64,000 nucleotides of DNA from a virus: IMG/VR virus record IMGVR_UViG_3300048580_000372, positions 9,801 to 73,800 of that record; one strand, given 5' to 3'. Within the stretch, counting starts at the first letter, position 1. Each line of letters begins with the position of its first letter. The notes beneath the pieces were generated by a model. That model saw only the letters and a list, made by a program, of their open reading frames with translations, did not search any database and was not told the origin of the DNA. This document shows, piece after piece, positions 37,656-48,409 of the stretch. The position numbers and the translations under genes are program-made.

Positions 37656-39688
37656 TATTTAACCCTCTTCTTGCTTTGTAATACAGCAGCAGCCACAGCC
37701 AACATTTTTTCATCAGCGCCTTCTCCAGCCAATTTTTCTGCTTGTGCCTTTATACTATCTTGGTCAATCGCATCACCAGTTATAGTGTCTGGATTTTCCA
37801 CAGCAGCCACATAATCTTCTATTTCATTGCCAGTTAATTCTTGTTCTGGGTCTGTATGTTTTGTTTGGCTATTAACAGCTTTTATTGTTTTAACATCAGC
37901 TTTTTTTGCAGCCAAAAGTTCTTTATCAACTTGTCTAACAGTTTTAGTTGTTTTCAAATCATTTTCTTTTGGTTTTACCAACTTTGCTTTTAATTCTTTT
38001 GCTTCTTCAGGTGATAGTTCTTCTTTTGGATTTTTATATTCTGGATTTTGCTGAATAAATTCTTTTGCTTCGCCTTGTTCAACATTACCATTTTTCAATT
38101 CTAATTCAAACACATCACCAACTGTAGTGGTTTCTTGTTCAGATGTTTCATCGCCTGTAGGGGCATCTGTTGGTTCTGCACCATTTTTATTTAATTCATT
38201 TGCAGTATTAATAACTCTGGCAATATCATCATCAGATAAATCCCCTTCAAACAACACGTTGGTATGCCCTTTTAATATTTGTTCAGTAAACCAACCTTCA
38301 AATAATAATTTATCCAAATATCTTTCTAATTTTATTGACTCACCCAAGTCAATTGGTTTGCCTTGTGCTACAGTTATCTTTTTATCATTGTATAATTTTC
38401 TAAACAATTCTAAATCTTCAGAATTTCCAATTTTTGGTGGTGTAATGTTATTTTTCTTAAACCAAGAATTAAATTTCCCATCTTTATCAGCCTTGCGTTC
38501 ATCAGTCCATTGTTTATATTTTTGTGCTAATTCATCAATAACATTGGCTTTTTCAAATGCAGCAGCAGCAGCAGCTGGGGACAATTTACTTGAAAGATAA
38601 ACCATCAAATCTTTAGATTTATCACCTGTTCCATTAGACTCAGACCATTTTGTAAAATCCTCAACTGAACATTGATTATCAGATTCTTCATCTTCATCTG
38701 TGCCAATCTTCGCATCAATTTTATCTTTGAATTTTGTATAAACAGCATTTGTAACTTTAATAAGGTCTTCAACTGATAATGCTGCTTTTGGATCAATTTT
38801 TTTTGGTTTTTCTGTTCCTTCTGGATTCTGTTTCGCATCAGCATTTCCTTGTTGCTGGTTTTCTTCACCATCTTCTTTTAATATATTATTTTTATATTTT
38901 TTACTTTCAGTCAATGCCTTGGCAATTGCTTCCTTAACTTCTGGTTCTGGTAACCCAAGACTTTTGTAATATGAAACTATATTGTCATATGTTATTTTAT
39001 TAATATCAACCCCATTCTTTTTACACCAACCAGTCATGTCTGTTTTCAAACGATTGGAATATTGTTTTTTGACAGGACCACCTTCTCTTCTATTTTCACC
39101 GCCCTTTTTTCCTTCTAAATCTTCATCACTATCGGCGTGCATATTACGCAATGCAGCCCCAATACGTTTTTGGGTAGCTGGAGATAAATCTTTATCAGGT
39201 TTAAATGCCAAATAACCTTGTTTAATCATTACATCAGCCAAATTACCCAAAGCATCCTTTAATTCTTGATCTGTAAAAGGAATGGGTACACGTTTATTTG
39301 CACCCCCATATTGCACTAATACCTTTTTAAAAAGACTACGAGCAGCTGCACTCAATACAGTACTTTCATCAATGTTAAATTCTCTTGAACACCATTCAAC
39401 AAACCCTTCCGGATAAACGTTCAATTTACCATCCTTTGTTTTAGCACAAGCACCTTTAGCTGTTCCACCAGTTATATAATCAGCATCTTCTATATGATCA
39501 GCAGCGAACTGTTTAATACCACTTTCCATGCTATAAATCATTTTTACAACTTCTTTCTTTAAAATTAAAGACTTCAATGAATCATCACTAACAATTGCAG
39601 CAGCTGCGCTCCCTGCTGTACTCAAAGTATTCTTCAATTTACTCATAAATGATATTTCATCTATTCTTTCTATTTCATATGCTCTCAT
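37655..39688 (-). CDS. Large internal-protein-like ORF
   Basis: MRAYEIERIDE leader; LTES, LGES and LFEG sites. Confidence 0.6.
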   Translation of the reverse strand: MRAYEIERIDEISFMSKLKNTLSTAGSAAAAIVSDDSLKSLILKKEVVKMIYSMESGIKQFAADHIEDADYITGGTAKGACAKTKDGKLNVYPEGFVEWCSREFNIDESTVLSAAARSLFKKVLVQYGGANKRVPIPFTDQELKDALGNLADVMIKQGYLAFKPDKDLSPATQKRIGAALRNMHADSDEDLEGKKGGENRREGGPVKKQYSNRLKTDMTGWCKKNGVDINKITYDNIVSYYKSLGLPEPEVKEAIAKALTESKKYKNNILKEDGEENQQQGNADAKQNPEGTEKPKKIDPKAALSVEDLIKVTNAVYTKFKDKIDAKIGTDEDEESDNQCSVEDFTKWSESNGTGDKSKDLMVYLSSKLSPAAAAAAFEKANVIDELAQKYKQWTDERKADKDGKFNSWFKKNNITPPKIGNSEDLELFRKLYNDKKITVAQGKPIDLGESIKLERYLDKLLFEGWFTEQILKGHTNVLFEGDLSDDDIARVINTANELNKNGAEPTDAPTGDETSEQETTTVGDVFELELKNGNVEQGEAKEFIQQNPEYKNPKEELSPEEAKELKAKLVKPKENDLKTTKTVRQVDKELLAAKKADVKTIKAVNSQTKHTDPEQELTGNEIEDYVAAVENPDTITGDAIDQDSIKAQAEKLAGEGADEKMLAVAAAVLQSKKRVK

Positions 39689-39690
39689 GG

Positions 39691-39942
39691 TTAAATTCTC
39701 TTTTTAGTAGTTTCTTTGAATTCACGTATCTTACGAGTAAATTTTCTTGGGTCTTCACCACGAACAGCCAAATCAATCCTCTTAATTAATTCTTCAGCTT
39801 CTTCAGCAATAAATTTATTCCTAATCTCTTGTTTAATATTAATTAACGCAGACACAGCATTCACCACACGTTGTTCGATAATCTGATGTTTATTGCGCTC
39901 CGGTATAATGGAATCTAATTCGTCTATTATGTTTCTAATCAT
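39691..39942 (-). CDS. Hypothetical protein
   Basis: Coupled ORF. Confidence 0.65.
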   Translation of the reverse strand: MIRNIIDELDSIIPERNKHQIIEQRVVNAVSALINIKQEIRNKFIAEEAEELIKRIDLAVRGEDPRKFTRKIREFKETTKKRI

Positions 39943-40427
39943 TTATCCACCTTCCTTAATAAGTCTTCTAAACTTGAACTTGCCAACAAATAACCTTGTT
40001 CTACACCGTAATCTATATCAGAATTACCAGAATTCTCCTTTAGATAAGACCACTTCTGAATCAATTCCCTAATACCTTCAACTAATTGATCATATTTTGA
40101 ATTAACATTATTACTACTTCCTTCAAATTGACTTTCAGTTATAACAGAAACAAAACCCGGTAATGAACGCCATGCAACATTTTCTAAATCTGTACTTGAA
40201 ATTCTAATAAAACGTTCTTCAATAACTTCATTCCAAATACCATTGTCTAATATTAATTCACTACTATCAATGGCATTATCACCATCATCCATTTCCAATA
40301 AATAAAACATATCACCAGTTGGCAATAATGGTTCATCAACTGCTTCAAATGTTGTTTCTTCTATATAGTCTTCAACAGCTTGTTCGGTTAAATAAATATA
40401 CTGTCTTAAATCGTTGGGATGATTCAT
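39939..40427 (-). CDS. Hypothetical protein (NDLRQYIYLTE leader)
   Basis: GGAG SD; GATAAATA at 40459-40466. Confidence 0.65.
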   Translation of the reverse strand: MNHPNDLRQYIYLTEQAVEDYIEETTFEAVDEPLLPTGDMFYLLEMDDGDNAIDSSELILDNGIWNEVIEERFIRISSTDLENVAWRSLPGFVSVITESQFEGSSNNVNSKYDQLVEGIRELIQKWSYLKENSGNSDIDYGVEQGYLLASSSLEDLLRKVDK

Positions 40428-40488
40428 CCAATTCTCCAAATGTTTAATAGTTATATTTTATTTATCCTTTTTTTAAAAAAACAAGATT

Positions 40489-41892
40489 TTATTTTTTCTT
40501 CATGAAATTATCACGCAATGATTTGCCTTTAACAGCAACAGTATCATCTGTTTTCTCTTGTGATTGTGTTTCTTCAGGTTGTCCAGCACCACGACGCAAT
40601 TTATTAATCAAATCTGTAGATGATGTTGTAGCTATACTTGTCCCTGCAGCAGATGCATCCTCGTCCTTATCAGAAATACAAAGTGTTTCAGGATCAAAAC
40701 TCAAATAACCCTTCATACCAACACCACCAGATGAACGTGTTTTCAAAAATTGTACCTGCATTTCACCACGACCACGCATTGCGTCAGTCATCAAAATACC
40801 AATAACGTTATCAGAGGTATTAATCTTTGACACACCACCAGCGATATGGGTAAAATCAAATTCTAATTCTGACATACCTTCACGGTTAACCTGTGATGCA
40901 GTAACCAATAACATCTTATACTCAATAGCCAATCCACGCAATTCTTCAGACACAAATTTATCTTTGATGAACAGATTACTTGGATCAACTTTTTTGTTGT
41001 TTGGAAACATAAGGTCCAAATAGTCAACCACAATAGCATCAGGTACATACCCATATTTGATTTCATACTCTTTCAAATATGCCCGCAATTCTAAAGTCGA
41101 ACCACCCTGTGGCATTTGTTTGGTAACAAGACTACCCTTGGTCTTTCTTGCTTTTGCACCAATCTTTAATGCTGTTTCCTCAAGGTTCTTCATAATATCT
41201 TTTTGTGGTGTTCCAACCAACATCGAACCCAAACGTTTGTTGATTAATGCCTCAGACAATTCAAACGAAAAATAAACAACGTTCAATCCAGCCATTGCCC
41301 AATTCAACGCAACGTTCTGCATAATAAGACTCTTACCACCACCAGAACGAGCGATGAAAACATTCAATTCCCCACGATTGAAACCACCATAAAGAACCTT
41401 GTCAACCATTTTAAATCCAGTGGATTGGGTACCGTTGTTGGTTTGCATGTCCTCTAATGATGATTGGAAATCTTTGAAAAAATCAGAACCCAAATCTTTG
41501 TTTAACGATATCAAAAGGGCATCCTTTAACCCTTGCTCAACGTCTGCGTACTTACCCTTCTCAATTAATTCTGGGGCTTCCATGATACGATTGGACACAG
41601 CCTTATGACGACAAAATTTTTCAATCTCAGTTAATATAAATTGTTGTTCTGGTAATGTTATCTTTAATGGCTCAATGTCAATGTTTGTTTTGGCTTTTAA
41701 TATTTCTTGACTTGGAACAGCATGATATTTTTCAGCATAATCTAAAATAAAATCAACAGTTTTTTGTAACCGCTCATCAAAATATTCTTTATTTAATATA
41801 CCAACACACCTTGTGAAAATAGTATCATCACCTAAAAAACAATTAATAAAAAGTTTCTGTGTTTCAAAATTATATTCTAAATTATCATGCAT
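40489..41892 (-). CDS. Replicative DNA helicase (T4 gp41/DnaB-like)
   Basis: Walker A ARSGGGKS, FSFELSE, VVDYLDL, TASQVNR, KTRS. Confidence 0.93.
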   Translation of the reverse strand: MHDNLEYNFETQKLFINCFLGDDTIFTRCVGILNKEYFDERLQKTVDFILDYAEKYHAVPSQEILKAKTNIDIEPLKITLPEQQFILTEIEKFCRHKAVSNRIMEAPELIEKGKYADVEQGLKDALLISLNKDLGSDFFKDFQSSLEDMQTNNGTQSTGFKMVDKVLYGGFNRGELNVFIARSGGGKSLIMQNVALNWAMAGLNVVYFSFELSEALINKRLGSMLVGTPQKDIMKNLEETALKIGAKARKTKGSLVTKQMPQGGSTLELRAYLKEYEIKYGYVPDAIVVDYLDLMFPNNKKVDPSNLFIKDKFVSEELRGLAIEYKMLLVTASQVNREGMSELEFDFTHIAGGVSKINTSDNVIGILMTDAMRGRGEMQVQFLKTRSSGGVGMKGYLSFDPETLCISDKDEDASAAGTSIATTSSTDLINKLRRGAGQPEETQSQEKTDDTVAVKGKSLRDNFMKKK

Positions 41893-42992
41893 TAACGATT
41901 ACCTCCTACCAACATTCCTTCTTTTACTTTTATTTTCATAACATCATTGTCATTATTACTACCTGTTATGTTATCCATTACAGTTTTCAACACCCATAAT
42001 CTACCATATTTAGCCACAGCATCTGCAGCATCTTTAACATTCTCATCCCAAGATTGCCAAGGGAAGCTAACCAACCAATTATTCTTTATTGCAATATCAG
42101 TCAAATGTTTTCCAGCTTTATCCCTATCTGGTAATATGATAACTTTCTTACCATATGAATTTATCCAGTTAATTTGTTCCTTGGTTAATGTTGAACCCAA
42201 ACTTGCCATACACCCCAACGATATTGCATCCAACACACCCTCAACTATTAATAGATAATCACGAGTTTCCATAAGATTACAATTGAATATATAATCCTTT
42301 GGTGTGTACCCAACATATCTAAAGGTATTTTGTGGTTTACAAGTTCTTGCATGGAACCCAACAAAATGTTCTTTCCAAAAAAATGGAATTATGATTCGGT
42401 GGTTTATATCTTTAAAATTCATTCCCTGCCCAGAATATGGGGCTGGTGTCCAATAAAAATCATAATAATTAATTAAATCTGAATTCCTTGAATCCAAATA
42501 TGTCAACACTTCAATAAAATCGTCTGGTGGATTGGTTGACGTTGCCCAAAAATTAATATCCTTGGCACCACTTGGCCAAGCAATCGGGTCAAATTTCAAC
42601 TTGGCAGAATATGCATTCAAATATTCTTTTTGTGTCGGGTCTTGTTGAACAACTTGTTGTAATTGCCAAGCCTTGAAATTCAACTTTTTAATTTCATCTT
42701 CTGTGAAAGTCAATGATTTTAAATATTTTTTAATTCTGGCGTTTAATTGTTGCCCCGGCGTGAATACAGTTTTAAATCCACAATTAAAACAATTGATAGT
42801 AAACGAACCATTGCCAATAATTTTTAAACCACCACGCATACGTGTGTCAGGGCGAGATTGTCCATTCGCTGTACAAACAGGACAATTATATGATAACCAA
42901 GAACCCGGTGTTTGATGACGTTTGGATGGCAATCTACTCGTTATTGCATCCAAAAGAAAATTTATATTGTATTCAGATATGTCGTGTGTCAT
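41892..42992 (-). CDS. DNA primase (gp61-like)
   Basis: Zinc ribbon CPVC...CFNCG; TOPRIM VEGVLDA, PDRDKAG, KDAAD. Confidence 0.9.
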   Translation of the reverse strand: MTHDISEYNINFLLDAITSRLPSKRHQTPGSWLSYNCPVCTANGQSRPDTRMRGGLKIIGNGSFTINCFNCGFKTVFTPGQQLNARIKKYLKSLTFTEDEIKKLNFKAWQLQQVVQQDPTQKEYLNAYSAKLKFDPIAWPSGAKDINFWATSTNPPDDFIEVLTYLDSRNSDLINYYDFYWTPAPYSGQGMNFKDINHRIIIPFFWKEHFVGFHARTCKPQNTFRYVGYTPKDYIFNCNLMETRDYLLIVEGVLDAISLGCMASLGSTLTKEQINWINSYGKKVIILPDRDKAGKHLTDIAIKNNWLVSFPWQSWDENVKDAADAVAKYGRLWVLKTVMDNITGSNNDNDVMKIKVKEGMLVGGNR

Positions 42993-43052
42993 TTGTTCCT
43001 ATCCATTATTAATAAAACCATAATAATAGATAGTGTGGTATGAAATCAATAT

Positions 43053-43538
43053 TTAATACTCAAAAAGAATAAGATTATGTTCTCGCAATGTTGGTATTGT
43101 AATTGCAACAAAGCTGTTATCATCACTTTCTTTATTCTTTTTATGAATCATATCAATCTTACCAGAACCAATCAAAAGCAATAATTTTTGAATATCAAAA
43201 CAAACAGCCCATAAGAAATCTGTTTGACGATAGTTTGATATACCATAAATAAAAATATCAGCTTTGATTTTTGAAAATTCGCCTGCACGTTTTTCAGCAC
43301 CATTTTCATAACGAATGGTTACATCCTTATAAGGACTGTATTTTGCATTCCGAAAACGCTCTTGAATGGTTAAATGTTTGTCACCAAGCATTGCCACATA
43401 ATCAATCTTGTCATGATAATCTTTGTGGGTTCCAACTTCACTTTTAATGTTATCAAATCCCCATTCTGGATATAGTTTCGTTAATGCAACATCGTGCATC
43501 TTATTGGTGAAATTCATTGATGTTTGGGAAAATGTCAT
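43053..43538 (-). CDS. Restriction-endonuclease-fold protein
   Basis: KIDY...TIQERFR resembling PD-(D/E)XK. Confidence 0.5.
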   Translation of the reverse strand: MTFSQTSMNFTNKMHDVALTKLYPEWGFDNIKSEVGTHKDYHDKIDYVAMLGDKHLTIQERFRNAKYSPYKDVTIRYENGAEKRAGEFSKIKADIFIYGISNYRQTDFLWAVCFDIQKLLLLIGSGKIDMIHKKNKESDDNSFVAITIPTLREHNLILFEY

Positions 43539-43598
43539 AATGGTAATCCTTTCATTGATTATCCATTATCATAACTGCGATGGCAGTTGAATGTCAAA

Positions 43599-44060
43599 TT
43601 ATTTGTTTTTGGTGAATACTAAACCATACCCACCCCAATTGGTCCCTTCAACTGTATCAAAAAATACTTTGTATCCGTCAGATGTTATAAAAACAGTTGA
43701 ATTTGGAGAAGCTGTTATTGAATCATACCAATTCTTAAATTCGTCTGCCATTTCTTGTTTGATTTTATAATCAACAGTTCCACCAATTTTTACAAAGGTT
43801 TGAAAAAATCTACTAAAGCCATAAGAACCACCAGGAACTTGTGTTTTTGGGGCATACTCGATCATCCCACTTTGTTTGGCTAAAAATTTAGTGGAATCTG
43901 GGGCAGATGGAATGGAACGTCCATCGTTGACATATTGTTGATATTCTGCAACTTGTTCTTTCATGAATTCTTCAGCACCTTCAACCAATTCAATACTACT
44001 AATAACATCATCAAATGGTGATTCCATCAAATTCATAAATTTTCTAATATCTTGTCCCAT
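43599..44060 (-). CDS. Protein with DIRKFMNLMES leader
   Basis: Class-B leader; LVEG site. Confidence 0.65.
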   Translation of the reverse strand: MGQDIRKFMNLMESPFDDVISSIELVEGAEEFMKEQVAEYQQYVNDGRSIPSAPDSTKFLAKQSGMIEYAPKTQVPGGSYGFSRFFQTFVKIGGTVDYKIKQEMADEFKNWYDSITASPNSTVFITSDGYKVFFDTVEGTNWGGYGLVFTKNK

Positions 44061-44072
44061 AATCGTTTCTCC

Positions 44073-44972
44073 TTAAACAGCTTTTTTCAATTCATAAGTT
44101 ACCAATTTAGCTTGACCTTGATTACCCGGCATTGGCTCAAGCATAATTCGCCAATAGTTCAAATCTTCTTTTATCAAAAATTCAGTCACACCAGTTGTAT
44201 TCATTACAGATATAAAATTTCTATCTAAATCCTCATCCAATTGTATATATTTCCAATCTGTACCATCAGGATTACTATCATTATTACTATTAGTCAATTG
44301 TTGATGGTCATTTTTTTGAATATAAATGTTTCCACTAAAATTGTCCATATACACCTTAATGGAATTCCAATATTGTCCAGCCAAATCTCTATTAACATTT
44401 CCCTTTATAGCAGAACTTACTCTTCTGGTGTTACCTTGTCCCAACCCAGTATTCCAGCCATAATTCATAATAGCGAAATTTAATGGATTGAACGATTGGA
44501 CATTTAAACTTGATTGATATAATGGTGCCTTCAATGTTATATGTCCTGTGCAACTTTGGACCATATCTGTGAATAATGGGAAAGTATAATCGTTTTGATC
44601 TGTCAAGAATACTGTGTAATTATATCCACCCAATGACCATGTTTGTGTATCCGCCATATTAATGGTAAGGTTGGCTGTCCCTTTATATTCATCAACAACT
44701 GTCAAAACTTTATCCAAAACTACTTCACCATTATCAGGGTTACTAACTATAATTTTTAAAACTTTACCAACAAGAACAACAGCTTTACGGTCAAGCGAGC
44801 GTATGAAAAAATTTAAAACTTGGTTGGCTCCTTTATGGATGATAAATGCATTATTACTCATTGGGTAATTCTCCGTAAATTGTTTGCGTAATGGTTCAGT
44901 TTCGTTGCCAAGCGTTCCATCCCTAAAAGTAAGGTTAATATTAATATCATAAGAATATAGCGTGTTCAACAT
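44073..44972 (-). CDS. Virion structural (baseplate/tail) protein
   Basis: Beta-rich Ig-like N-domain; late promoter upstream. Confidence 0.55.
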   Translation of the reverse strand: MLNTLYSYDININLTFRDGTLGNETEPLRKQFTENYPMSNNAFIIHKGANQVLNFFIRSLDRKAVVLVGKVLKIIVSNPDNGEVVLDKVLTVVDEYKGTANLTINMADTQTWSLGGYNYTVFLTDQNDYTFPLFTDMVQSCTGHITLKAPLYQSSLNVQSFNPLNFAIMNYGWNTGLGQGNTRRVSSAIKGNVNRDLAGQYWNSIKVYMDNFSGNIYIQKNDHQQLTNSNNDSNPDGTDWKYIQLDEDLDRNFISVMNTTGVTEFLIKEDLNYWRIMLEPMPGNQGQAKLVTYELKKAV

Positions 44973-45117
44973 TTTTAAAATTCCCTTTTTATTTTATTTA
45001 TCAAATTTTTTATTTACAAGATTCATTTTTTGTTCATAAATAAATTAAATATACAGTTAATGACTAAATGATTGATATAAATACTTTATTAGCTTTTTTT
45101 AAAAGGAACCAACAAAA

Positions 45118-45507
45118 ATGTCAGAAGAAAAGAATATATACCAAATATTGACTGAAAAATTCCCATTTTTATCATATGGAACCTATAATGAGGAAGATTA
45201 TGTTGGAATTATTCAAAATCACGACACAACATTTGTAATGATGTACGTGTATAATAAAATTCAAGATGAAAAATTAAAAAAATTATTCTTGGAATATTCA
45301 GATGAATATTATTGGTCAAGTAATCGCTTGGTACCAATCAATATTTATTTCCGTAACAGATTTAAAGTTTTCACCCCATATCTAATGGCATTCTCTGCTA
45401 AAGATTTTAATCTAATATGTGGACCATCACCATCAATTGATGCCTACATGTCAAAGAGAATTAAAAGAAGAACTGTGGCATTAGTATCAACTAAAAAAAT
45501 TAGTTAA
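45118..45507 (+). CDS. Hypothetical phage protein
   Basis: AAGGA SD; TATAAATA upstream. Confidence 0.75.
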   Translation: MSEEKNIYQILTEKFPFLSYGTYNEEDYVGIIQNHDTTFVMMYVYNKIQDEKLKKLFLEYSDEYYWSSNRLVPINIYFRNRFKVFTPYLMAFSAKDFNLICGPSPSIDAYMSKRIKRRTVALVSTKKIS

Positions 45508-46114
45508 ATTGCTCCAAAATCAAATTCATCTGAACAATAACCAATGATGCATAACCATACGCATGACTCTTTTTGAAACCATATTGAGCCTCTTCTTCAT
45601 CAGAACCAACTTGAACAGGTTCCCAAATAGATTTTTCAATTTCATCCCAAGATTTGTCAATCAAATATTTCTTACCTGGACGAATCAATGCCAACACCAT
45701 TGCCAATTGGTCAATGTTTTTAGGTTTTAATTTTTTCAACAAATCAATTTGCCCATGAAGCTGAAATATAGGCTCACCAGTTTTAGCCCCAGATACAACA
45801 TCATCTTCTTCCAAAAGTTCCCACACAGGTTCTTGATTTAACATTCGTTCCAAATGTTCTTCATCTTTGATTTTACTATATATGAAAACATTCAAAAAAT
45901 CTACCTTCATATATCCACGAGCATTAGCATCACGATAGTCAATTGATGAATACCCTGTCAATGGATCAACCATTGGTGTGTTATAAAAATAAACACCTGT
46001 GTTATGCTTGATAGTTTCTGTCTGTTTGATAATTGTTGCAGGGACATGTGGAACACAAGCCAATGCCTCGTCCCTGTTGGCGAAATCAATGTCAATGTCA
46101 AAAAGTTTTCCCAT
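45500..46114 (-). CDS. Minimal DNA polymerase III alpha (DnaE) core
   Basis: DIDIDF, HNTGVY, KVDFL, IFQL, LALIRPG, YGFKKSHAYGY. Confidence 0.8.
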   Translation of the reverse strand: MGKLFDIDIDFANRDEALACVPHVPATIIKQTETIKHNTGVYFYNTPMVDPLTGYSSIDYRDANARGYMKVDFLNVFIYSKIKDEEHLERMLNQEPVWELLEEDDVVSGAKTGEPIFQLHGQIDLLKKLKPKNIDQLAMVLALIRPGKKYLIDKSWDEIEKSIWEPVQVGSDEEEAQYGFKKSHAYGYASLVIVQMNLILEQFN

Positions 46115-46117
46115 GTT

Positions 46118-46396
46118 CTACTCCATTATAAAAGTTAATCTAAACAACATTTCATCTTTACTGTGAATAAATTTTATCTTCATTGCACAATTGGCTTGTT
46201 CTATCATTTCAACCTCAACTGGTCGTTCTTCTAACCAGTCGTATGCCCGCTTACCTTCTGATGAACCTTCCCAAATAACATAAATATTACCTTTTTCAAC
46301 ATATATAGCACTATCAAACCCTAACAACGAATCAACCTCTAATGATGTCAATACTCTATTTTCATTTTGTGGGTCAGGATGTTTGATTATTATCAA
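46118..46396 (-). CDS. Small hypothetical protein (…MLFRL family)
   Basis: C-terminal DEMLFRL shared with 58378-58620. Confidence 0.6.
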   Translation of the reverse strand: MIIIKHPDPQNENRVLTSLEVDSLLGFDSAIYVEKGNIYVIWEGSSEGKRAYDWLEERPVEVEMIEQANCAMKIKFIHSKDEMLFRLTFIME

Positions 46397-46686
46397 AACT
46401 TAACGTCCATTTTATTATCAAGTTGTTCTTTGACAGCTTTTAATTCATCAATCAATCCATTTACTGTGGCTATTAAAACTTTTTGATTAGCAGTTACTTC
46501 ATGAAGTTTCTTTTTCAAAAGCCCATTTTCTTTTTCCAAATCATTCATAGACGATAGTGTTGGAACATCAATGAAACTCTCGCCTAATTGAATTCTCGAT
46601 ACTTTACTATTGAGTTGTCTACTTTTCATCTCCAATATTATTTTTTGTGCTCTTGGTGGCGCAGTCCCTGAATATTGTTTTGTCAT
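46393..46686 (-). CDS. Coiled-coil hypothetical protein
   Basis: Coupled ORF. Confidence 0.65.
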   Translation of the reverse strand: MTKQYSGTAPPRAQKIILEMKSRQLNSKVSRIQLGESFIDVPTLSSMNDLEKENGLLKKKLHEVTANQKVLIATVNGLIDELKAVKEQLDNKMDVKF

Positions 46687-47147
46687 TTAATCTCCCTCTT
46701 ATTCAATTTAACCCAATAGCGTTGTTCTTGTTCTTGGCGTTCTTTTTCTTGTTTTTTGGTTATGCTAATATGTTCTTTAATCAAACGCTCTTTATTAGCA
46801 GTATGATATTTATTATTTTTCTGTTGTTCTGCCAATTCTTCAGTATGACACAAACGAACAAGCATTTCCAATTCTTTCAATTTAGCCTTGACAGCAGGAT
46901 GTTCAGAATTAGCTGCAACGTTCAACACAGGCTCTTGGAGATATGGATTAATATCCAATGGTGGTTGCCCATAACTTTCAATATCAAGATAGCCATACAT
47001 TGAATTCATCATTTGCTTTAAAGTGTTTCTTGCGGTCCTTGTAATAGACTGTTGCAGATATGTTGATTTACCATGTGAATATAATTGCATCACAGAATTA
47101 TTCTGGTGCCCATATATCATGCTATTAAAAATTGAACTATTTGACAT
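46683..47147 (-). CDS. Hypothetical protein
   Basis: AAGGA SD; coupled ORF. Confidence 0.6.
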   Translation of the reverse strand: MSNSSIFNSMIYGHQNNSVMQLYSHGKSTYLQQSITRTARNTLKQMMNSMYGYLDIESYGQPPLDINPYLQEPVLNVAANSEHPAVKAKLKELEMLVRLCHTEELAEQQKNNKYHTANKERLIKEHISITKKQEKERQEQEQRYWVKLNKREIK

Positions 47148-47159
47148 TTTATCTTCCTT

Positions 47160-47840
47160 TCATATTCCTGCATTATCACAAGTGTCTTTAACAAATTTAA
47201 CATCTTCTTTCTGTCTTGCAAACTTTAATTTCCAAAATTTTGGATTAACAGTCTCATAAATTTTAGTCAATTGTTCATCGTCCATTCGCTTGAATAATTC
47301 ATCTGCAGTGTTGGCATGATATAGAACCCATGGACTAATACGCCCAGATTTTATCCATTGAACCGCAACGTTAGTATTCAATTCCCTGAAAAAATCAGTC
47401 CAAAGTTTATCATGCTCAAGTGCCCATTGTTCCATCAACAAAATGGTTCGCTCAAGAGATACTTCTGGTGGTTCTTTTTTAGATACCTCTCGCAGATACA
47501 TCTCATATACATGGTCCTTAACCCAATCATCTATCCTTACAGTGTTTTTAATTATAAAAGTAATAAAATTTTCAGGTGATATTGCTTGAATATCAATAAC
47601 ATGTTTCCCAAACCTTACAAATGCATTATAAAGTTTGTCATTACAAAATTTATCATAAGATGCATCGCCACGGATTTTATTATACTTTCTAAAAAATAAC
47701 CAAGTCTGAAAACCAATTCTAACATTGGAATCTTGTTTCTGAATATGACGCAATTTTTTAGTACAAAGATGATCCACCAAAGTTTTAGCTCTGGCAAATT
47801 CTTTACCACAAAATTCACAATGATACTTTTCTTCTGTCAT
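47160..47840 (-). CDS. Zinc-finger-containing hypothetical protein
   Basis: YHCEFCGKEF...HLC. Confidence 0.7.
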   Translation of the reverse strand: MTEEKYHCEFCGKEFARAKTLVDHLCTKKLRHIQKQDSNVRIGFQTWLFFRKYNKIRGDASYDKFCNDKLYNAFVRFGKHVIDIQAISPENFITFIIKNTVRIDDWVKDHVYEMYLREVSKKEPPEVSLERTILLMEQWALEHDKLWTDFFRELNTNVAVQWIKSGRISPWVLYHANTADELFKRMDDEQLTKIYETVNPKFWKLKFARQKEDVKFVKDTCDNAGI

Positions 47841-48409
47841 TTAATTTTCTTCAATTCTTCTGTGTGTTTCTTAATTTCTTTATCATCCATGCCTGTATCT
47901 TTACACAATTCAACAAGGCGTTCTTGGGTGATAATCATCTTAAAAGTGTCCATTTCCTGCTTCCCAATCAATGGGTTATGGATTTTAATTAACGCATCTA
48001 TCAAAGGCGTACTGGAAGTACCTGCAACAGGAACCCAACCATGCATTGTACGAGGATTGCCTGTGCCAGCCACACACAACATCAACCATTGTAATTTTTT
48101 ATGGTCACGGTCTTTGGATGATGGGATATTGAATAATCCAATTTTATTAATCATTTCGTTAATGAACACAATACTATTTTGTGTTTCTGATGAATGCTCA
48201 ACATTAAAACCTTTGTTGACTGTGGTTAACCATCGCAACAATACTGGTGGGAATATGGATGCACGTTCTTCTTCTGTGCATTTGTCATAAAAATCAAAAT
48301 CTTTCCTATTGATAGCTGGCATAACATCCTTGAACAAATCCAATTTATACTTTTTTACTTCTTCAATTGGTTCTTCATCTTTGAATGTTGTCTTGGGTTT
48401 TTTAGCCAT
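47837..48409 (-). CDS. Clamp-loader small subunit-like (gp62-like)
   Basis: LDLFKDVMPAIN...P.LL.RWL...N..IN...HKKLQW pattern; replication context. Confidence 0.5.
   Translation of the reverse strand: MAKKPKTTFKDEEPIEEVKKYKLDLFKDVMPAINRKDFDFYDKCTEEERASIFPPVLLRWLTTVNKGFNVEHSSETQNSIVFINEMINKIGLFNIPSSKDRDHKKLQWLMLCVAGTGNPRTMHGWVPVAGTSSTPLIDALIKIHNPLIGKQEMDTFKMIITQERLVELCKDTGMDDKEIKKHTEELKKIK

Noticed and set aside
14562-42915. Long plus-strand ORFs such as 17557-18147, 32644-33300 and 38127-38600
   Set aside because: Antisense shadows of minus-strand genes, Ser/Phe/Leu-rich, with no SD or recognisable motifs
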